Part shown: positions 61,185 through 64,000 of the stretch, in pieces
How positions within the stretch are numbered: the stretch's first letter is position 1
Layout: each line of letters begins with the position of its first letter
NCBI GenBank assembly: GCA_028868975.1
Contig: JAGWTM010000001.1
Coordinates: 4,301-68,300, forward strand
Source of the DNA: Actinomycetales bacterium
Lineage (GTDB): Bacteria > Actinomycetota > Actinomycetes > Actinomycetales > Microbacteriaceae
Reading direction: 5' to 3'
DNA: 64,000 bases
Translations under genes and position numbers: made by a program
The notes under the pieces: model-generated
Told to the model about the DNA's origin: nothing
Database searches by the model: none
Seen by the model: only the letters and a program-made list of their open reading frames with translations

Positions 61185-64000
61185 AGCTTGGTCACCACAA
61201 TGTCAACGCTCTGACCGTCACCGACTGAAACCTGGCTCGCCGGCGCCTCAACGGTCTCCAACTCGAGCGCCAAGGTCTCGCTCTTCACCAGTTCGGCATG
61301 TGCCTGCACGGCTTCAAGCACGCTTGCATCGCCCGTGATCTTTAGGCGGATGCGGTCGCTAACATCGAAGTCGGCGTCCTTTCGGGCCTGCTGAACACCG
61401 CGAATCACATCGCGAGCAAGACCCTCAGCAGCCAGCTCCGGAGTCACCGTGGCATCGAGTATCAGAAAGCCCCCTGATGGCAGGATGCCGATCAAATCGG
61501 TGTTTTGCTTGCCTTCCTCACCGTCAGCAAAGTTCGCAACCAAATCGATCGAGTACTCGCCCTCGATTAGTTCAATTCCGCCGGCCACAACCTTGTTGTC
61601 GGCATCGCTCCAGTTGCCCGCCTTTGCCTGTGCGATGGCCTCCTGCACGACTTTGCCGATGCGCGGTCCAGCGGCTCGCGCGTTGACGGTCAGACGCTTG
61701 ATGACACCGAATTCGGTAGTCGAGTCGAGCGATAGTTCAACGAGCTGCACCTGCTTGACGTTGAGCTCATCCGCGATGATTTCGCTAAATGGCTCGAGCG
61801 AGGCGGCAGCTTTGGTGACAACGGTTAGTTTGCCCAGAGGCAGTCGCACCCGCAGGAAGTTGGTCTTGCGAAGACCAAGCGCAACCGAACTCACGGTGCG
61901 CACCTGATCCATGGCAGCAACCAAATCTTCATCTGCTGGGAATTCGGTCGGGTCAGGCCAATTTTCGAGATGCACCGAACGTCCGCCGGTGAGACCCTGC
62001 CAGACCTGCTCGGTAACCATAGGAAGTAGCGGAGCGGCTACGCGGCATACCGTCTCGAGCACGGTGAACAGCGTGTCGAATGCCTCCTCGGAGCCGACCC
62101 AGAAACGATCGCGTGAACGACGGACGTACCAGTTGGTCAGCACATCTGCGAAGTCGCGAAGTGTGCTAGCAGCCGAGTAGGTGTCGAACCGGTTCATGGC
62201 GGCCTCGACATCAACAATCAGATCACGAGTTTTTGCCAGAAGGTAGCGGTCCAGAACATCGGTTGAAGAAGTCGATCGCTTCGCTTCGTAGTTCGCAGCG
62301 TTGGCGTATAGCGTGAAGAAGTAGAAGGTGTTCCAGAGTGGCAACAGCACTTGGCGAACACCTTCGCGAATGCCCTGCTCGGTGACAATCAGGTTTCCGC
62401 CTCGAAGGATCGGGCTCGAGAGCAGGAACCAGCGCATCGCGTCGGCGCCATCGCGATCGAAGACCTCGTTCACATCCGGATAGTTGCGAAGAGACTTTGA
62501 CATCTTCTGGCCGTCATTACCGAGGATGATTCCGTGCGAAACCACCGACTTGAAGGCGGGACGGTCGAACAGCGCAGTGGCCATTACGTGCAGGGTGTAG
62601 AACCAGCCACGGGTTTGGCCAACGTATTCGACGATGAAGTCACCCGGGTTGTGAGTCTCAAACCAGTCACGGTTCTCAAACGGGTAATGCACCTGCGCGA
62701 AAGGCATCGAGCCGGACTCGAACCAGCAATCGAGAACCTCAGGCACACGACGCATGGTTGATCTACCGGTTGGGTCGTCTGGGTTCGGACGAGTTAATTC
62801 GTCGATCACTGGACGGTGGAAATCCTCCGGCCGAACACCGAAGTCGCGCTCGAGCTCATCCAGCGAACCGTAGACATCGATGCGTGGGTAATTAGGGTCG
62901 TCCGACTTCCAAACCGGAATCGGCGCACCCCAGAAACGGTTGCGGCTGATGGCCCAGTCACGGACGTTTTCCAGCCACTTACCGAAGGAACCGTCTTTGG
63001 TGTGTTCGGGAGTCCAATCAATCTGCTGGTTCAGCTCGAGCATGCGGTCGCGCAGCTTGGTGGTCTCAACGAACCAAGACGAAACGGCCTTGTAGATCAG
63101 CGGATTCTTGCATCGGTAGCAGTGCGGGTATGGGTGCTCGTATGAGGCTTGACGCAGCACTCGACCATTTGCCTTGAGCAGTTGCGAGATCGGCTTGTTG
63201 GCGTCGAACACGTGCTGGCCCACAAAGTCGGTGATGATCGAGTTGTAGCAACCGCGCTCATCGATGCTGACATAGGTTGGGATGCCTGCCGCGTTGCAGA
63301 CTCGCTGGTCATCCTCACCGTAAGCAGGCGCCTGGTGAACGATGCCGGTACCATCTCCGTCGGCTACGTAGTCGTCGACCAGCACCTTCCACGCATTCGA
63401 GACATCGAACTTGGTTTCGTCAAGGTAGTAATCGAACAGCGGCTCATACGCGATGTCCTCGAGTTCGCGTCCGAGGTAGGTCTCGGAAATTGCGGCGAGC
63501 GCAGCGTCTCCCGATTCGTATCCCAAGTCTTTGGCGTAACCGGCAACCAGCGATTTGGCAAGCAGGTAGCGAACCTCACCGGCTGCTCCCCCGTCGGCGG
63601 CACCGTTCGGTCCGGCAGGCACAACGGCGTATGAGATTTCAGGCCCAACCGCGAGAGCGAAGTTGGTTGGCAGAGTCCAAGGAGTAGTGGTCCACGCCAG
63701 AATACGCACACCTGCCAGTGGCTGGTCGGCTGTGATTGGGAAGGTGACCGTCAGAGTCTGGTCCTGACGGTTCTTGTAAACCTCATCGTCCATGCGAAGT
63801 TCGTGGTTCGAAAGTGGAGTCTCGCAGCGCCAGCAGTACGCGAGCACCTTGAAGCCCTCGTAGATCAGACCCTTGTCGTGCAACTGCTTGAAAGCCCAGA
63901 GCACCGATTCGGTGTAACTCTTGTCGAGCGTCTTGTAGTCGTTGTCGAAGTCAACCCATCGTGCCTGGCGGGTCACGTAGGTTCGCCAATCCTGGGTGTA
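61181..64000 (-). CDS. ileS: isoleucine--tRNA ligase, type 2 (eukaryote-like), 5' end outside window
   Basis: KMSKS motif in the context [13 protein letters not shown], and [12 protein letters not shown] is typical of type-2 IleRS. The frame stays open to base 64000, so the M at 63976 in the track is internal. Confidence 0.9.
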   Translation of the reverse strand, partial: YTQDWRTYVTRQARWVDFDNDYKTLDKSYTESVLWAFKQLHDKGLIYEGFKVLAYCWRCETPLSNHELRMDDEVYKNRQDQTLTVTFPITADQPLAGVRILAWTTTPWTLPTNFALAVGPEISYAVVPAGPNGAADGGAAGEVRYLLAKSLVAGYAKDLGYESGDAALAAISETYLGRELEDIAYEPLFDYYLDETKFDVSNAWKVLVDDYVADGDGTGIVHQAPAYGEDDQRVCNAAGIPTYVSIDERGCYNSIITDFVGQHVFDANKPISQLLKANGRVLRQASYEHPYPHCYRCKNPLIYKAVSSWFVETTKLRDRMLELNQQIDWTPEHTKDGSFGKWLENVRDWAISRNRFWGAPIPVWKSDDPNYPRIDVYGSLDELERDFGVRPEDFHRPVIDELTRPNPDDPTGRSTMRRVPEVLDCWFESGSMPFAQVHYPFENRDWFETHNPGDFIVEYVGQTRGWFYTLHVMATALFDRPAFKSVVSHGIILGNDGQKMSKSLRNYPDVNEVFDRDGADAMRWFLLSSPILRGGNLIVTEQGIREGVRQVLLPLWNTFYFFTLYANAANYEAKRSTSSTDVLDRYLLAKTRDLIVDVEAAMNRFDTYSAASTLRDFADVLTNWYVRRSRDRFWVGSEEAFDTLFTVLETVCRVAAPLLPMVTEQVWQGLTGGRSVHLENWPDPTEFPADEDLVAAMDQVRTVSSVALGLRKTNFLRVRLPLGKLTVVTKAAASLEPFSEIIADELNVKQVQLVELSLDSTTEFGVIKRLTVNARAAGPRIGKVVQEAIAQAKAGNWSDADNKVVAGGIELIEGEYSIDLVANFADGEEGKQNTDLIGILPSGGFLILDATVTPELAAEGLARDVIRGVQQARKDADFDVSDRIRLKITGDASVLEAVQAHAELVKSETLALELETVEAPASQVSVGDGQSVDIVVTKL

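Overview
This is a dense, almost gap-free chromosomal segment from a high-GC Gram-positive bacterium (Actinomycetota). The gene order looks Micrococcales/Microbacteriaceae-like and the tight packing suggests a streamlined genome. About 60 genes are present and nearly all are on the minus strand, many joined by ATGA/TTGA/GTGA stop-start overlaps. Reading along the minus strand from the high-coordinate end: ileS (5' partial)-folC-DUF4233-ndk, then rne, rplU-rpmA-obg-proB-proA, nadD-rsfS and tRNA-Ala(GGC). Next come a polyamine-type ABC importer, deoC, a LigB-type dioxygenase and an esterase. These are followed by cydABDC, pabB, leuS, comEA-comEC-holA-MFS, lepA, hemW, hrcA-dnaJ-rsmE-HIT-phoH-ybeY-CBS-era, leuA, recO-uppS, glyQS, dus, dgt and dnaG. 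Plus-strand genes are few: a DUF4870 protein, rpsT, a class IV aminotransferase (pabC-like), a VKOR protein, DUF167, and the block dedA-SRAP-small ORF-dnaE2. I found no CRISPR array, IS element, integrase, rRNA or prophage signature. The most interesting locus is 37.8-42.4 kb. It holds an SRAP (YedK-like) gene followed by a LexA-box-controlled operon of a 100-aa Trp/Arg-rich protein translationally coupled to an error-prone DnaE2 polymerase. The usual ImuA'/ImuB partners are absent, and the promoter also resembles the PafBC/RecA-NDp type. Other sequence-level signals are a four-Leu leader peptide with alternative hairpins upstream of leuA, a CIRCE operator at hrcA, and a near-consensus promoter with a structured leader at rplU. 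There is also an unannotated 57-aa membrane ORF with a strong SD, a perfect palindrome at a probably leaderless dioxygenase gene, and an AT-rich control region between cydA and dedA. All functional calls rest on motif recognition by eye and on synteny; no database search was possible.
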